A DNA stretch of 64,000 nt, from contig CAXXKM010000001.1 of the NCBI GenBank assembly GCA_963664435.2, positions 1,120,001 to 1,184,000 of the forward strand, read 5' to 3'. A model generated the notes under the pieces. It saw nothing but the letters and a program-made list of their open reading frames with translations. It was not told where the DNA came from and did not search any database. A program made the position numbers and the translations under genes. Within the stretch, counting starts at the first letter, position 1. Each line of letters starts with the position of its first letter. Positions 32,847 through 43,386 of the stretch are shown here, piece by piece. This stretch comes from Longimicrobiales bacterium (GTDB taxonomy: Bacteria > Gemmatimonadota > Gemmatimonadetes > Longimicrobiales > Gaopeijiaceae).

Positions 32847-33320
32847 ATGACACCCATCCGCGTGGGCGCCGATGCGCCCGATTTCACCGCGTTCGCGCCT
32901 CCCGGCAGCGCGAACTTCACGCTCTCCGAGCACCGTGGTCGGCCGACCGTACTCATGTTCGTGCCGCTGGCCTTCACCAGCACATGCACGGCCGAATTCT
33001 GCCACATCGCCGAGAACTGGGGCCAGTGGGGCGAGCTTGGCGCCGACGTTGTCGGCATCAGCGTGGACTCCCCCTTCGTCAACCAGAAGTGGGGCGAGGA
33101 GATGGGCGCACCGTTCCCCATCCTCTCGGACTTCAACAAGGAAGCAGTGAGCGCATACGGGGTTCTGCAGGACGAACTCATCGGGTTGCGCGGCGTGGCC
33201 CGGCGCTCGGTGTTCGTGGTGGACGGAGATGGGCGCGTCACCTACGCCTGGGTGGCGGAGAACCCGGGCGTCCTGCCCCCGTTCGACGAGATCGTGGAGG
33301 CCGTGCAGGCGGTCGCGTGA
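32847..33320 (+). CDS. Peroxiredoxin (AhpC/TSA, AhpE-like)
   Basis: APDF, PLAFTSTCTAEFC, GISVDS, LSDFN, RSVFVVD. Confidence 0.88.
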   Translation: MTPIRVGADAPDFTAFAPPGSANFTLSEHRGRPTVLMFVPLAFTSTCTAEFCHIAENWGQWGELGADVVGISVDSPFVNQKWGEEMGAPFPILSDFNKEAVSAYGVLQDELIGLRGVARRSVFVVDGDGRVTYAWVAENPGVLPPFDEIVEAVQAVA

Positions 33321-33504
33321 CGGCCGCGGACGGGTCGGGAGCCGATGCTCCCGGCGGCTGCCGCCATGCGATTCGTATCGTGGCCTCGATCGGACCCGGC
33401 GTCCTTTCAGCGGTACCGCGTCGCCAGTTGTCCAAGATGACGAGGGTCCCTGCGGCTCACGGCAGGGGTTTGTCCGCAACACAAGCAATTTCCAGGAGAG
33501 GAAG

Positions 33505-34458
33505 ATGACGCTCACACGACGCGACTGGCTCAGGCTCACGGCTGGCGGCGGCGCCGCACTCGCTCTCACCCCCGACCTGCTGGCGTCGCTTGCGCGTCAG
33601 GAGGTCCTGGCCCGGGCCATTCCGGCAACCGGGGAGATGCTGCCGGTGGTGGGCCTCGGCAGTTCCGCCACCTTCTCACGCGTGGCGCGCAGCGAGGACG
33701 TGAGCGCCATCAGCGCCGTGCTGCAGACCTTCGTCGACAACGGCGGCACGGTGTTCGACACCGCTCCCGGCTACGGGGCTTCAGAGCAGGTGGCCGGCGA
33801 CGTCGCCAACGACCTCGGCATCCAGGAGCGGATCTTCTGGGCCACCAAGGTCAACGTCGCGGGACGCGGGGGCGGCTCGGCCGACCCGGCGGCGGCGCGC
33901 GCGCAGATCGAGCGCTCCTTCGACCGCTTCCAGCTGCCGGTCATCGACCTGATCCAGGTCCACAACCTGGGCGACCCGCCCACCCAGATCGGCATCCTCA
34001 AGGAAGAGAAGGCGGCGGGCCGGGTGCGCTACATCGGCATCACCAGCACCAGCGAGCGGCGCTATCCGGACCTCGCGGCGGTCATGCGCAACGAGCCCAT
34101 CGACTTCATCGGGGTGGACTACGCGGTCGACAACCGCGCTTCGGCCGACATGATCCTGCCGCTCGCGCAGGAGCTGGACATCGGCGTGCTCGTGTACGCC
34201 CCCTTCGGCCGCACCCGCCTCTGGAACCGCGTCAGCGGACGCGACGTGCCGGAGTGGGCCGGCGAGTTCGACGCCCACAGCTGGGCGCAGTTCTTCCTCA
34301 AGTTCGTGGTGGCGCACCCGGCGGTGACCGTGGTCACCCCCGCCACCAGCCGCCCCGAGCACATGATCGACAACCTGGGCGGCGGCATGGGCCGGCTCCC
34401 GGACGAGAGCCAGCTCGAGCGCATGGTCCAGCTCGTGGAGGATCTGCCGCCGGCCTGA
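33505..34458 (+). CDS. Tat-exported aldo/keto reductase
   Basis: TRRDWL Tat motif; DTAPGYG, WATKV, IDLIQVHN. Confidence 0.88.
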   Translation: MTLTRRDWLRLTAGGGAALALTPDLLASLARQEVLARAIPATGEMLPVVGLGSSATFSRVARSEDVSAISAVLQTFVDNGGTVFDTAPGYGASEQVAGDVANDLGIQERIFWATKVNVAGRGGGSADPAAARAQIERSFDRFQLPVIDLIQVHNLGDPPTQIGILKEEKAAGRVRYIGITSTSERRYPDLAAVMRNEPIDFIGVDYAVDNRASADMILPLAQELDIGVLVYAPFGRTRLWNRVSGRDVPEWAGEFDAHSWAQFFLKFVVAHPAVTVVTPATSRPEHMIDNLGGGMGRLPDESQLERMVQLVEDLPPA

Positions 34459-34932
34459 CGGGGGTAGGAGTCGCAGGCGGGGGAGCGCACAATTCCCTGC
34501 GAAATCCTCGTGCAGCGACCGCAGCCCGGCGTTCCTCGCGCCGGCTGCGGTCGCTGGTGCGCCCTCTGCCAGGTAGGACGCCAGTAGGTGACTGGTTGAC
34601 CTCGGTTCCAACGCTCTTTCTCAGTGCCACAAACTCAAAGAGCCGCGGGGTGGCCGTAGCGTGCTGCCGGTCCAGTGCCGGGGATGCCGTCGCGCCCGAG
34701 CTGGACGACCTCGGAGAACCGCTCTCCGCCTTGCATGCGGACCACCCTGGCGAGGCCGCCCCAGCAGTGGATGTCCCCGCCGGCGGCGAGGCCGTTTTAG
34801 CCATGGATTCGCCCGGCCATCCTGCCGATCGTCATGTTCAACGGGATTTCACCCGGAATTGCGGCGGCCGAACGTGGCTGACTCGATCATGGTGGTCTCC
34901 CACCCAAGCTGCGGGAAAACGGGATCCATCAT

Positions 34933-35031
34933 ATGAGTCGACGCGGAAAGCTACTGCAGAGGTATCAGGTACGGCAGGTCCGTGGCGTTATTCTGAAATA
35001 CAATCTTGGGGACAACCTGGATGATGCATAA
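34933..35031 (+). pseudogene. HicA-like toxin remnant with internal deletion (32 aa)
   Basis: MSRRGKLLQR fused directly to YQVRQVRGVILKYNLG; overlaps hicB start; lacks the GSH core. Confidence 0.65.
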
Positions 35032-35236
35032 GTACGAGATCATTCTGTATTGGAGCCGGACCGACGGCGCGTTTGTGGCCGAGGTCCCCGAGTTGCCTGG
35101 CTGCATGGCCCACGGAGGCACACAGCAAGTCGCTCTCCGGAACATCACGAGCGCGATGGATCTCTGGATCGATACCGCAAGGGAACACGGAGATCCGATA
35201 CCGGAACCCAGGGAAAAGCGTCTAATGCCGGCGTAA
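35021..35236 (+). CDS. hicB: Short HicB-family antitoxin
   Basis: KYEIILYWS..DGAFVAEVPELPGCMAHG...WIDTA...PIPEP. Confidence 0.88.
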   Translation: MMHKYEIILYWSRTDGAFVAEVPELPGCMAHGGTQQVALRNITSAMDLWIDTAREHGDPIPEPREKRLMPA

Positions 35237-35263
35237 GCAAGCGTCCGGCGACCGGCAATTACG

Positions 35264-37432
35264 CTACCCCTCCGGCCTCACGATCTCGTACTGCGGCGGC
35301 GGCTCCGCCCCCAGCAGGTGGCGCACGAAGTAGTCCCACCGGCGGCGGATGAAGTAGGGCTCGTTGAGGCCGTGAGCGCGGTCCGGAGCCCAGATCAGGT
35401 CGAAGTCGCGGTTGGCCTTGATGAGCTCGTCGATCACCTGGACCGTCATCGCGGGGTGGACGTTGTCGTCCATGTCGCCGTGCATCAGCAGCAGCTTCCC
35501 CTCCAGGTTCGCGGCGTAGGTCTTGTTCGCTGAAGCCTCGAAGTTGTCGGTGCCGGTCGAGTCCTCTTCCATGACGCCCTGGTACTTCTCTGCCCAGTAG
35601 ATGTTGTAGCTGCGGTTGTCGTGGTTGCCGGCCCCTGACACCGCCACCTTGAAGAAGTCGGGATAACGCAGGATGGCATCCGTGGAGGCGAACCCGCCGC
35701 CCGAGTGCCCGTAGATGCCCACCCGGTCCAGGTCGATGAAGGGGTGGCGCGCCGCGAGCTGCCGGATCACGGCGATGTGATCGGGGATGCCGTTGTCGAT
35801 GAAGTTGCCGTAGTAGTTGTCGTGGAAGGCCTTGGAGCGGTGCGGCGTCCCCATGTGGTCGATCTGCACCACCACGAAGCCGAGCTGCGCCAGCGCGAAG
35901 TTCTCGCCGCCGCCCTTGAACTCCCAGTCCCCGACGCTGCCCCGCTGGGGCTCGGGGTAGATGTGCGAGATGATCGGGTACTTCGCGTTCTCGTCCAGGT
36001 CGGGTGGGAGATGGAGGATGCCGTACAGGTCGGTGATTCCGTCGCGCGCCTTGGCCGTGAAGACCTCACCCGGGATGAAGCCGATCTCCTCGATGGCGGA
36101 GATGTCCGCCCGCTCAAGTTCGCGCACGACGCGGCCGTCGGCTACGGTCCGCAGGACGGTGACAGGCTCCCCTTCAACGCGCGAGTACGTGTCCACGAAA
36201 TAGGCGCCGCCGGGCGAGAACTCGACGATGTGGTTGGCGTCCTCCGGGGTGAGCAGCGTCAGCCCCGAGCCGTCGAAGCCGACCCGGTACAGGTGCGCGT
36301 AGTACGGGTTTCGCCCCGGCTCGCGGCCGCGCGCGGTGAAGTAGATGCGCTGCCGCGCCTCGTCGACGAAGACGGCCTGGCCGACCGTCCATGGGCCGGA
36401 GGTGATGCGGTTCCTGAGGTTGCCCTGCCCGTCGAAGCGGTAGAGGTGGGCCCAGCCGTCGCGCTCCGACCACCAGATCACGTCGTCGCCGCTCTCCGAG
36501 ACGTACCAGGACGGAGTGCCCCCGCTCGATCCCCCGCCCCGGTGACCGAGCGACACGAAGGTGCGTGTGGAGTCGCCCAGGATGACCCGTGAAGCCCCGG
36601 TCGCCGGGTCGATCTCGGCCAGGAACACGCGCTGTGAGCCGCGGGTGAAGTAGTTGACGTGCAGACGGGCGCCGTCGGCGCTCCAGGCCGAGTCCGGGGC
36701 CGAGCCGGCGAATGAGAGCTGATGGGGCGTGGGCGCCACATCGACCCGGCGATTGGCGGCGGCGCGCAGGGCGGGGACGTTCCCGTCGGCCATCTCGCCC
36801 TCCTCAAGCTCCACGATATGCACGGTGGGCAGCGGGATCACCGAGTCGCCGGGCAGCGCGTACGGCTGGGAGAAGTGCCGCGGCCGCTGCGAAGTGTACG
36901 AAACGTAGTGCATGTGCTCGACGTTGCGTTCATCCCGGCGCGCCACCGCGATGTAGCGCGAGTCCGGCGACCAGGCCAGCGTGGGGGTACGCGGCCCCGG
37001 CCCCTCCCGCTGCTGGTTGGGGCGTGGCTCGTTGTAGCCGTAGGCGTAGTGCTTCTCGCCGTCCGTGGTGAGCTGGATCGAGTCGCCGCCCCCCGCCGGG
37101 CGCACGTAAAGATCATACTCGTGCGAGAAGGCTTCCCAGCGCCCGTCGGGGGACTCCACGAAGGGCAGCCGCGAAGGGAGCGTGTCCGCCACGACGCACG
37201 AGTAGCCCGCGATGTCGCAGGTGAAGCGCCGGCTGTTGGCCGTGAACTCGATTTCGCTCTCGCCCGCGCCGAAGCTGAAGGTGCTGAAGGGCAGCTGGTC
37301 CGGGACGTAGGCGGTGTCGTTCGCGAGCGACATCGCCCCGGCCAGGCGGTAGTGGTCGAAGAGCGGTTCGCGGCTGGCCGCGGCCGGGTTCACCATCACG
37401 AACTCGTAGCCCGACCCCGTGTTGTTGCGGTA
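35264..37432 (-). pseudogene. DPP-IV/S9 peptidase, 3' part of a gene interrupted by the integrative element
   Basis: GHSGGG, HGDMDDNVH, DRAHG catalytic motifs; no signal peptide; in-frame stop at 37454-37456 just inside the element. Confidence 0.9.
37424..37432 (+). repeat. att core, left copy (GTTGCGGTA)
   Basis: Identical to 46298-46306; encodes Y-R-N of the host peptidase on the minus strand. Confidence 0.9.
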
Positions 37433-38042
37433 GCGGATCCCCAGAGGCCAGAATCACGGCAGAAGATCGTCTAACTACTTACAGGACTGCACGATCTGCG
37501 TTTTTGCCGTTGGGCCGCATCCGCTCCCGTCGTCCAGAAACAGCGGGGAAATCGCCTCAAATCGCGGGAATCTCGTTCGACACACGGCCCTTCCCATCGC
37601 GGCCTCTTCAGAGCCGCAAGCAAGGTAACCACAGGTCACCAATCGGATCGACTCGGGTCATCCCCTCGGCCATTGCACCCGCACACGCTACCAAGGCCAC
37701 CCGTGGCCGGTGCTGTTATCGTACAAGGATCCCGTACGATGCGAGCGAGACCTGCCCGAGAGCGGTGGCCCAGCATGTACTGTCCCGGCGGAGTGGCGGC
37801 GGGTGTGAATCCCGGCATGACCGCTTCCCACGCATGCGCCAAGACGGGTCCGAGCACCGCAAGCTCCGGGTGGTTGGGCTTCTACGCCTGTCAATTACGC
37901 GCGTGGAATGGCGAAACTGGCGCGCCCGAACGCGAGGACTTACGGTTCAGGAGGCGAAAGCAACACCCACAGGCACACGTTCCGAGAAGGAACAGCGCCG
38001 ATCCCGTCCAACGATCTTTACACGACTTGGAAGAGTCACGGC

Positions 38043-38555
38043 ATGAAGAGGAAACACGTTCTGGTGGTGTTTGCGATCTGGTTCGTGGGCGCGCTCATCG
38101 CCATCACGCCCTACCCCGCGCCTGTCCCGCAGGAGCAGGAGTGCTACGAGGTCGGAGAGATCGAGTGCGTCAACACATCGGCGGGCTGGGTCGCGACGTG
38201 GCCCGCCAGCCAAGAGTTTCGGGACCATATGATCGAGACCATCGACCTGCTTGAACTGTCGGGCGACTTGAACTGGCAGCAGCAGGAATTCTGCGTCCCG
38301 ATCCTCAACAACGTGAAGGGTGAGTTCCGGTCCCAAGTGCTCACCGGCCTGGGCATCTACGAGTTCAACATGTCGCACTACCACGAGGGGGTCCAACTCC
38401 AAGGACGCCACGCGCCCGGACACGGCCACCCGCACTACATGTTCAACCGCGGGCGTTGGGGCCTGATGGGGACCCTCATGATGCACGAAGTCGCGCACCA
38501 CCGGGGCCTCACCCATTCCAGCGCGAACACCGCTGAAACGTGCCTCGACCTGTAA
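38043..38555 (+). CDS. Small secreted zinc-metalloprotease-like protein (HExxHxxGxxH)
   Basis: N-terminal hydrophobic signal; HEVAHHRGLTH near the C-terminus; four Cys. Confidence 0.7.
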   Translation: MKRKHVLVVFAIWFVGALIAITPYPAPVPQEQECYEVGEIECVNTSAGWVATWPASQEFRDHMIETIDLLELSGDLNWQQQEFCVPILNNVKGEFRSQVLTGLGIYEFNMSHYHEGVQLQGRHAPGHGHPHYMFNRGRWGLMGTLMMHEVAHHRGLTHSSANTAETCLDL

Positions 38556-38571
38556 GGATGGAGGAGAGACG

Positions 38572-39099
38572 ATGAGACACGCACTACTCGCAACGACACT
38601 GATGCTCGCTCTCGCGGCCTGCACGGACCAAGCCGGCATGATGGACGCCGAGTTTTCCCAGGAGGATGTCTCCGGGGCCGCGCTCGATCGCGCGCCCCAA
38701 GCGGCCACCATGAAGGAGGACGAGCGTCACCCGCTGATGCTCGCGATCCTCGACAAGCTGCTCGCCGAGCACCCGGACGCCGCCGGCGGGCGCGTCAACC
38801 TAGACGGCATGTTCGGGGGCGCGTACGTGGGCGAGACCGTCACCCGTGCCGGCCAGAGCTTCGAGCGGGTTTCCGCTGGCACGAAGGTGGAGAAGGGCAC
38901 CTACACGATCACGTTCCAGGACCTCAAGATGACGGCGACCAACGAGGCCGTGATGGGCGTCGGGCTGCTCCACGCGGACGAGAACGGGAGCGTGTTGGAC
39001 CACGTGTACGAGGTTCTACTCGTGCGCGACGACGACGACATATGGACGGCCGACCTCACGTACAAGGGACACTTCGACGGGGTACTCGAGGGAAGCTGA
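38572..39099 (+). CDS. Hypothetical lipoprotein
   Basis: RBS GGAGGAG; lipobox LAAC; 16 bp after the HExxH gene. Confidence 0.75.
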   Translation: MRHALLATTLMLALAACTDQAGMMDAEFSQEDVSGAALDRAPQAATMKEDERHPLMLAILDKLLAEHPDAAGGRVNLDGMFGGAYVGETVTRAGQSFERVSAGTKVEKGTYTITFQDLKMTATNEAVMGVGLLHADENGSVLDHVYEVLLVRDDDDIWTADLTYKGHFDGVLEGS

Positions 39100-39543
39100 C
39101 CCGCATTTCCCGCACCAGAGCAATCTGTGACCGCGACCGACAGGCAACGCGAGCGCGGAGGACTGGTGCCCGTGTGTGCTACATCGCGTCGCACGATCTG
39201 AACCGTTGCGGCCGGTAGCCGCTCTCAACAGCAGGCCATCGGTCCTCTGCTCTTTGGGCGGGAACACAGCACCTATGCAGAAGGCGCCGTAGAACAGCGT
39301 CCCCGTTCTCCCTTGAACTGAATCTCCAGCGCGTCCTCCAGCCCCCGACCGGACGGTTACGAGCGGCGGCCCGTCCCCAGCGCCTCGACACGGGCCAGGC
39401 GGTCGCAGGAATAGGAAGCGAGGAGCGACGCCAGTCGTTCAAGCTAATCGCCGAGCGGGCCGACCGGGTAGCAAGAACCGGTCGCTGAAGGACCACACCC
39501 GATTCTCCAAGGTCTTCGGGGCCATGACGGATTTCCGGCTGGC

Positions 39544-39821
39544 TTACAAAGCGCCCGCCTGAGGGGCGCGGGCGGCCCGCCGAGACATTGCGGGGGTGTT
39601 TTCCGCCCCGTTGGCGACGGCCGGTGTCGAAGCCCCGGAGTTCAGGGCCCGGGCAATCTGGTTAAGGTTCACGCCGATCCGGCGGAGTTCGACGCGCTCC
39701 CATGCACCGAGATGCGTGCCGCCGCGGCCCGCTCGGCGATCTCGGCGGCTTCCGCGGTCGTTGCGCGCACGCCGATCATGCGCGTCTTGCGCTCGGCTTC
39801 GGGCTTCTGGGGACGGGCCAA
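39544..39821 (-). pseudogene. Second, internally deleted and frameshifted mobC
   Basis: AAGGAGG + TTG start; ARPQKPEAERKTRMIGVR...AERAAAA in one frame, ELRRIGVNLNQIARALN in another. Confidence 0.75.
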
Positions 39822-39866
39822 GTCGGACGGCCTCCTTGGGTGGCTCGCGGAATGTTGTTGCGGGCT

Positions 39867-39920
39867 CCGGGGGATTACCCCCGGCCAGAGGTTTTCGAGA
39901 AACGAAAAACACATCTTTTC
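39867..39920. promoter_or_regulatory. Possible relic oriT upstream of the mobC remnant
   Basis: Hairpins CCGGGGG-ATTA-CCCCCGG and GTTTTCG-AGAAA-CGAAAAAC directly 5' of the mobC remnant. Confidence 0.4.
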
Positions 39921-40010
39921 GGCTTTCCGGCATCGGAACCCAGAGTCTTGCGGTGTGCCACCCGTCCCCATAGCGTCAAGGACCTCACCCAAACGAAGAG
40001 GAGGCATAGC

Positions 40011-40523
40011 ATGAAGACGCGTGTATCGATCCCGTGGCTGGTTGCGGTGGTCGCGCTTGCGGCATGTGACGGGTCCACGCGACCGGATGGGCAGCAGCCT
40101 GATAGTGTGGAACCACCAGGGTGGCCGCTGAAGGTTGGCGACAGGGTGGGCGAGGTGACGCGCTCGAGGTTAAAGCGCGAGTTCGGCACCATCGTCCTGC
40201 ATCACCAGTTCGTGAAGAGACCTGCCGAATACACACATCCGAATCAGGAGCGTTACGGGTTCGCCGAGTTCGAGATCATGTACGAGGAGACCGGCGGACT
40301 GACTGAGGGCGAGGACAACGCGCTGTATGCGTGTGAGGATCCACCGGCACCTTCCGCCAACGGGACCATCTCGATCGACCAAGAAGACGGCGATTCCGAC
40401 GAGATCGAGCCTTGGAAGACGGTGGACGGCGCTTACAAGTTCTCGTTTGCGGCGAGCGTTCGGTGCGACCCCGACAAGCGCTACAGAATGCTGTATGTGT
40501 ACCGGGGGCACGTCCGTCCGTGA
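40011..40523 (+). CDS. Hypothetical lipoprotein
   Basis: RBS GAGGAGG; lipobox LAAC; two further Cys. Confidence 0.72.
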   Translation: MKTRVSIPWLVAVVALAACDGSTRPDGQQPDSVEPPGWPLKVGDRVGEVTRSRLKREFGTIVLHHQFVKRPAEYTHPNQERYGFAEFEIMYEETGGLTEGEDNALYACEDPPAPSANGTISIDQEDGDSDEIEPWKTVDGAYKFSFAASVRCDPDKRYRMLYVYRGHVRP

Positions 40524-40987
40524 GGATGGTCGTCGGATGCCTGTGTGCATTCGTCCTGTCCGCGTTCGCGCCGGTGTCTCAAAGCGAAGAGATCGAAAAG
40601 GAATTCGAGAAGAAATGGAGGTGGAACGGCACCGGTCGGTTGTGGACGGACACCGAGCTCGGCTTCTGGAGCCAGCGCCTCCGATTCCTCGATTGGGACG
40701 CGACCACCGAGTGCCAAAACCACCGCAACGCGATGGTGAGCCTCTACAACGGCGGTCACGATTTGGGATGGGCCAGCCCCAGGGGCAACCGCGGTGGCAC
40801 GCACTTCTGGCGTGGCCAAGAGGATTGGATCATCATCTCGCCAAAGGGCTTCGGCGGTCGCCAGAACGACGATGTGGTCAGATCCATGGTACACGAAGCG
40901 GCACACCATTTTGCCGGGCCACAGGCTGGACATAGCCAAGACTGGCAGGAAATCGTCGATTGTGTCCTGTCTTATTCGGGAGCGTGA
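40520..40987 (+). CDS. Small secreted HExxH (SprT/minigluzincin-like) protein
   Basis: GTGA overlap with the lipoprotein stop; signal-like N-terminus; HEAAHHFAGPQAGHSQDW. Confidence 0.68.
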   Translation: MRMVVGCLCAFVLSAFAPVSQSEEIEKEFEKKWRWNGTGRLWTDTELGFWSQRLRFLDWDATTECQNHRNAMVSLYNGGHDLGWASPRGNRGGTHFWRGQEDWIIISPKGFGGRQNDDVVRSMVHEAAHHFAGPQAGHSQDWQEIVDCVLSYSGA

Positions 40988-41519
40988 CTTCTAGTTGCCT
41001 TCGGGTTGATCGCGTTGACGGCGTGCGGTTCGTGACAACGCCTCCTCACTCGGTCGTCCCGCGGCCCAAGACCTTCGCTCTTGGATTCGGTAGAAACCCG
41101 GACAGGACAGACGGCGTAATGGTTCCTTGGCCGGTTCCTCCCAAATCCGATCTTCCGTCCTGAGGTGTTGCGGACTTGAAGCGCGCTCGCCAGTGCCCCG
41201 GAGTTCCGACTTGCAACCGTACTGGAGTGCGAGAACGACACGGGGGGTCGATGTGCATTTTGGCATTCCAGCGATGCGCACGGACGTTCGCGCCTATCCG
41301 CATGCGCAACAGCGTCCTTGCGGCCTCGCCGCCCCGTTCGCCTGTGGCGTAAGGGGCGCTCGGGCCGTGACGCTAGTCTCCATGTCAAGTGGACGCCAGT
41401 TTTTCTCGAAGCGACCTGCCTCGCAGCGCCCCTCGCGACGCTTCCGCTTCGGTGCTCATTCTGGCCCGGCTCGATCATCTGTGAACGCTCCCCGCCGGGC
41501 TGGGCGTTGGGAATGGCCG

Positions 41520-42100
41520 GGCAGGAGTATTCGCCCGGACGATGCGCCGTCCAAGTGCGGTCCTGCTGCACTAGAGGGCATTGGCGAGGATGAGGAGTCT
41601 CCGCATCATGGCCGTCAGGGCGACCTTCGGCGGCTTCCCTCGGGCCACGAGCGCTTCCTACTTCCGCTTGACGTCGGGAATATGGCGGACGACAACTATC
41701 GCGGGCATGTAGAGGAGCCTGCGCACCCGGTGCCTGCCGCCCTGGATGAAGCCGCGTCTCTTCCAGTATCCAGACACTTGGGTTGACCGGGGCCAGCCCG
41801 GCGAGGCTGGCGGCTCGGGCACCGGTGAGTGCCCAGGTACGGCAAGTGGACGATCAGTCCCTCGGCGGTGGCGTCCGAGATCGAGCCGCCCGCCGGATCT
41901 CGGCGTCTATGAACTTCATCCGGGCGCTCGATCTGCCTCAGCCTCTTTCGACGGCAGCTGCCATGGTGGCCAGCATCCGGGCGTCCACCGCGTCGGTCTT
42001 GGCGCGTCGGTCATGAGAGCGGGCGAAGGACCGGACTCGGAAGGGGTCGATCACGTAGAGGGGGAGTCCGGAGTCCCAAACGGCGGAGGACGGGCATGTT
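41520..42100 (-). pseudogene. Degraded IS110-family transposase
   Basis: Fragments GLPLYVIDPFRVRSFARSHDRRAKTDAVDARMLA, ASLAGLAPV, SG..FIQGGRHRVRRLLYMPA, RGKPPKVALTAMMRRLLILANAL with stops and frameshifts. Confidence 0.85.
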
Positions 42101-42537
42101 CGCCGTGCTGTGCGCGGCCGCGCTGTGCGTCGTGCGACGTGACGCGCGCGCGCCCGGGCTCGAACTTCTATGGGTCCGAGGAAGGCAACGGGCCGAGGCG
42201 GTTGGTAAACGCGGGCGGCCTGCGGGACGGGTCCCGTGCTGGAGTTCCACGTGCCCGACCGGAAGCTGGCAGGTCTCCACAGCGTCCGCGTCGTCGAGAT
42301 AGCCGGTCAGGACCACTGGCTCCTCGAAGCGGACGACCACCGGGCCACCGTCGCGCGCTGACGGCGGGAGCGTCGTAGGTCGGCCAACGCGCCGCCTTGG
42401 AGAGTTCGCCCCGTTGCTGAAACACTTTGGCACGGTCGCCCGTACGGGGATGCCTGGTAGCGCGAACAGGCTCGCCAGATGCCGAAGGTGGAGGCGTTTT
42501 CGACAAGCCGCTGGCGGCGGATTCCCGAAGCTCCCGT

Positions 42538-42570
42538 ACGTTACCGGACATCCTCGAACGTTACCGGACA
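42538..42570. repeat. 13-bp direct repeat ACGTTACCGGACA, 20-bp period
   Basis: Copies at 42538-42550 and 42558-42570. Confidence 0.7.
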
Positions 42571-42904
42571 AGAGGAGGTTTCCGAAGGGTTGACTGCCTC
42601 AAGGACGGTTGTTCAACGTCTCGGCTATGGAGACGCTGACACAGCCGCTCGACAGGGAAGCGGGCGGTACGATCGCCCATCGTGACGGCCGCCAAGGTGC
42701 GCGCGGGTCCTTCGACTTGACCGGACACCGGACCGAATCGATTGCGCTCGCATGCCGCTGCGGAGAGGCGTTCGCCCACGCCCGGCGTGCGCGGCTCATG
42801 GACCGCGCAAGCCGAGGCGCCGGGCAGCGCATGAGCGCGTCGAGGAGGTCGATGCCGACCTGTTCCCGGGCGCGGCCCACGGGGGCGTTGGTCGCTGTTA
42901 AGGC

Positions 42905-43040
42905 GTCCAGCCAGCCTACCCATTGTCATACAATGGGGCTGGCGAGGGGCTGGCTCCCGCCCCCCCTTCGAACCCCCCGCTGTTCGCGCTCCCGAGGAGG
43001 TCGCGGATGGGGGCGCCGCCCCCTTTCCCCCGTGTCGGTG
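42905..43040 (+). promoter_or_regulatory. Putative oriT
   Basis: Hairpin CCCATTGT-CAT-ACAATGGG followed by GCTGGC, immediately upstream of mobC as in ColE1-type mob regions. Confidence 0.6.
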
Positions 43041-43047
43041 CGGCGTG

Positions 43048-43386
43048 ATGCCTGAGCGCCGCACCGCCGTCGTCACCGCCCGCGTGTCGGCGGCCGAGTC
43101 CGCCGACTGGCGGGCCAAGGCGGAGGCCGCAGGCATACCGCTGTCCGCGCTGATCCGGCGGGCCATGGCCCGTACACGGACCTGGACCGCACGCGCGGCC
43201 GAGGTCGAGCGCGAGCGCACCCGGCAGGTGTCGCGCGTCGGGAACAACCTCAACCAGATCGCCAAGTGGGCCAACACCCACAAGGGGGCGGCCGAGGCCG
43301 TCGAGGTCCTCGCCCGGCTTGTGGCCATCGAGCGCGCGCTCGGCGCGCTGGCTCGCTTCGAGAGTCCGGACTCCGATGCACGTTAA
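43048..43386 (+). CDS. mobC: MobC/MbeC relaxosome accessory protein
   Basis: RHH N-terminus; SRVGNNLNQIAKWAN; overlaps the relaxase start. Confidence 0.92.
   Translation: MPERRTAVVTARVSAAESADWRAKAEAAGIPLSALIRRAMARTRTWTARAAEVERERTRQVSRVGNNLNQIAKWANTHKGAAEAVEVLARLVAIERALGALARFESPDSDAR

Noticed and set aside
34500..34930. Short ORFs upstream of the hicA stub
   Set aside because: No consistent frame or motif; probably a decayed fragment
37433..37520. tRNA fragment at the att site
   Set aside because: No cloverleaf or T-loop consensus; the target is the peptidase coding sequence
42100..42900. Several 70-190 aa ORFs between the IS110 relic and oriT, considered as rep or excisionase
   Set aside because: No Rep, HTH or Xis motifs recognised; probably decayed or non-coding sequence
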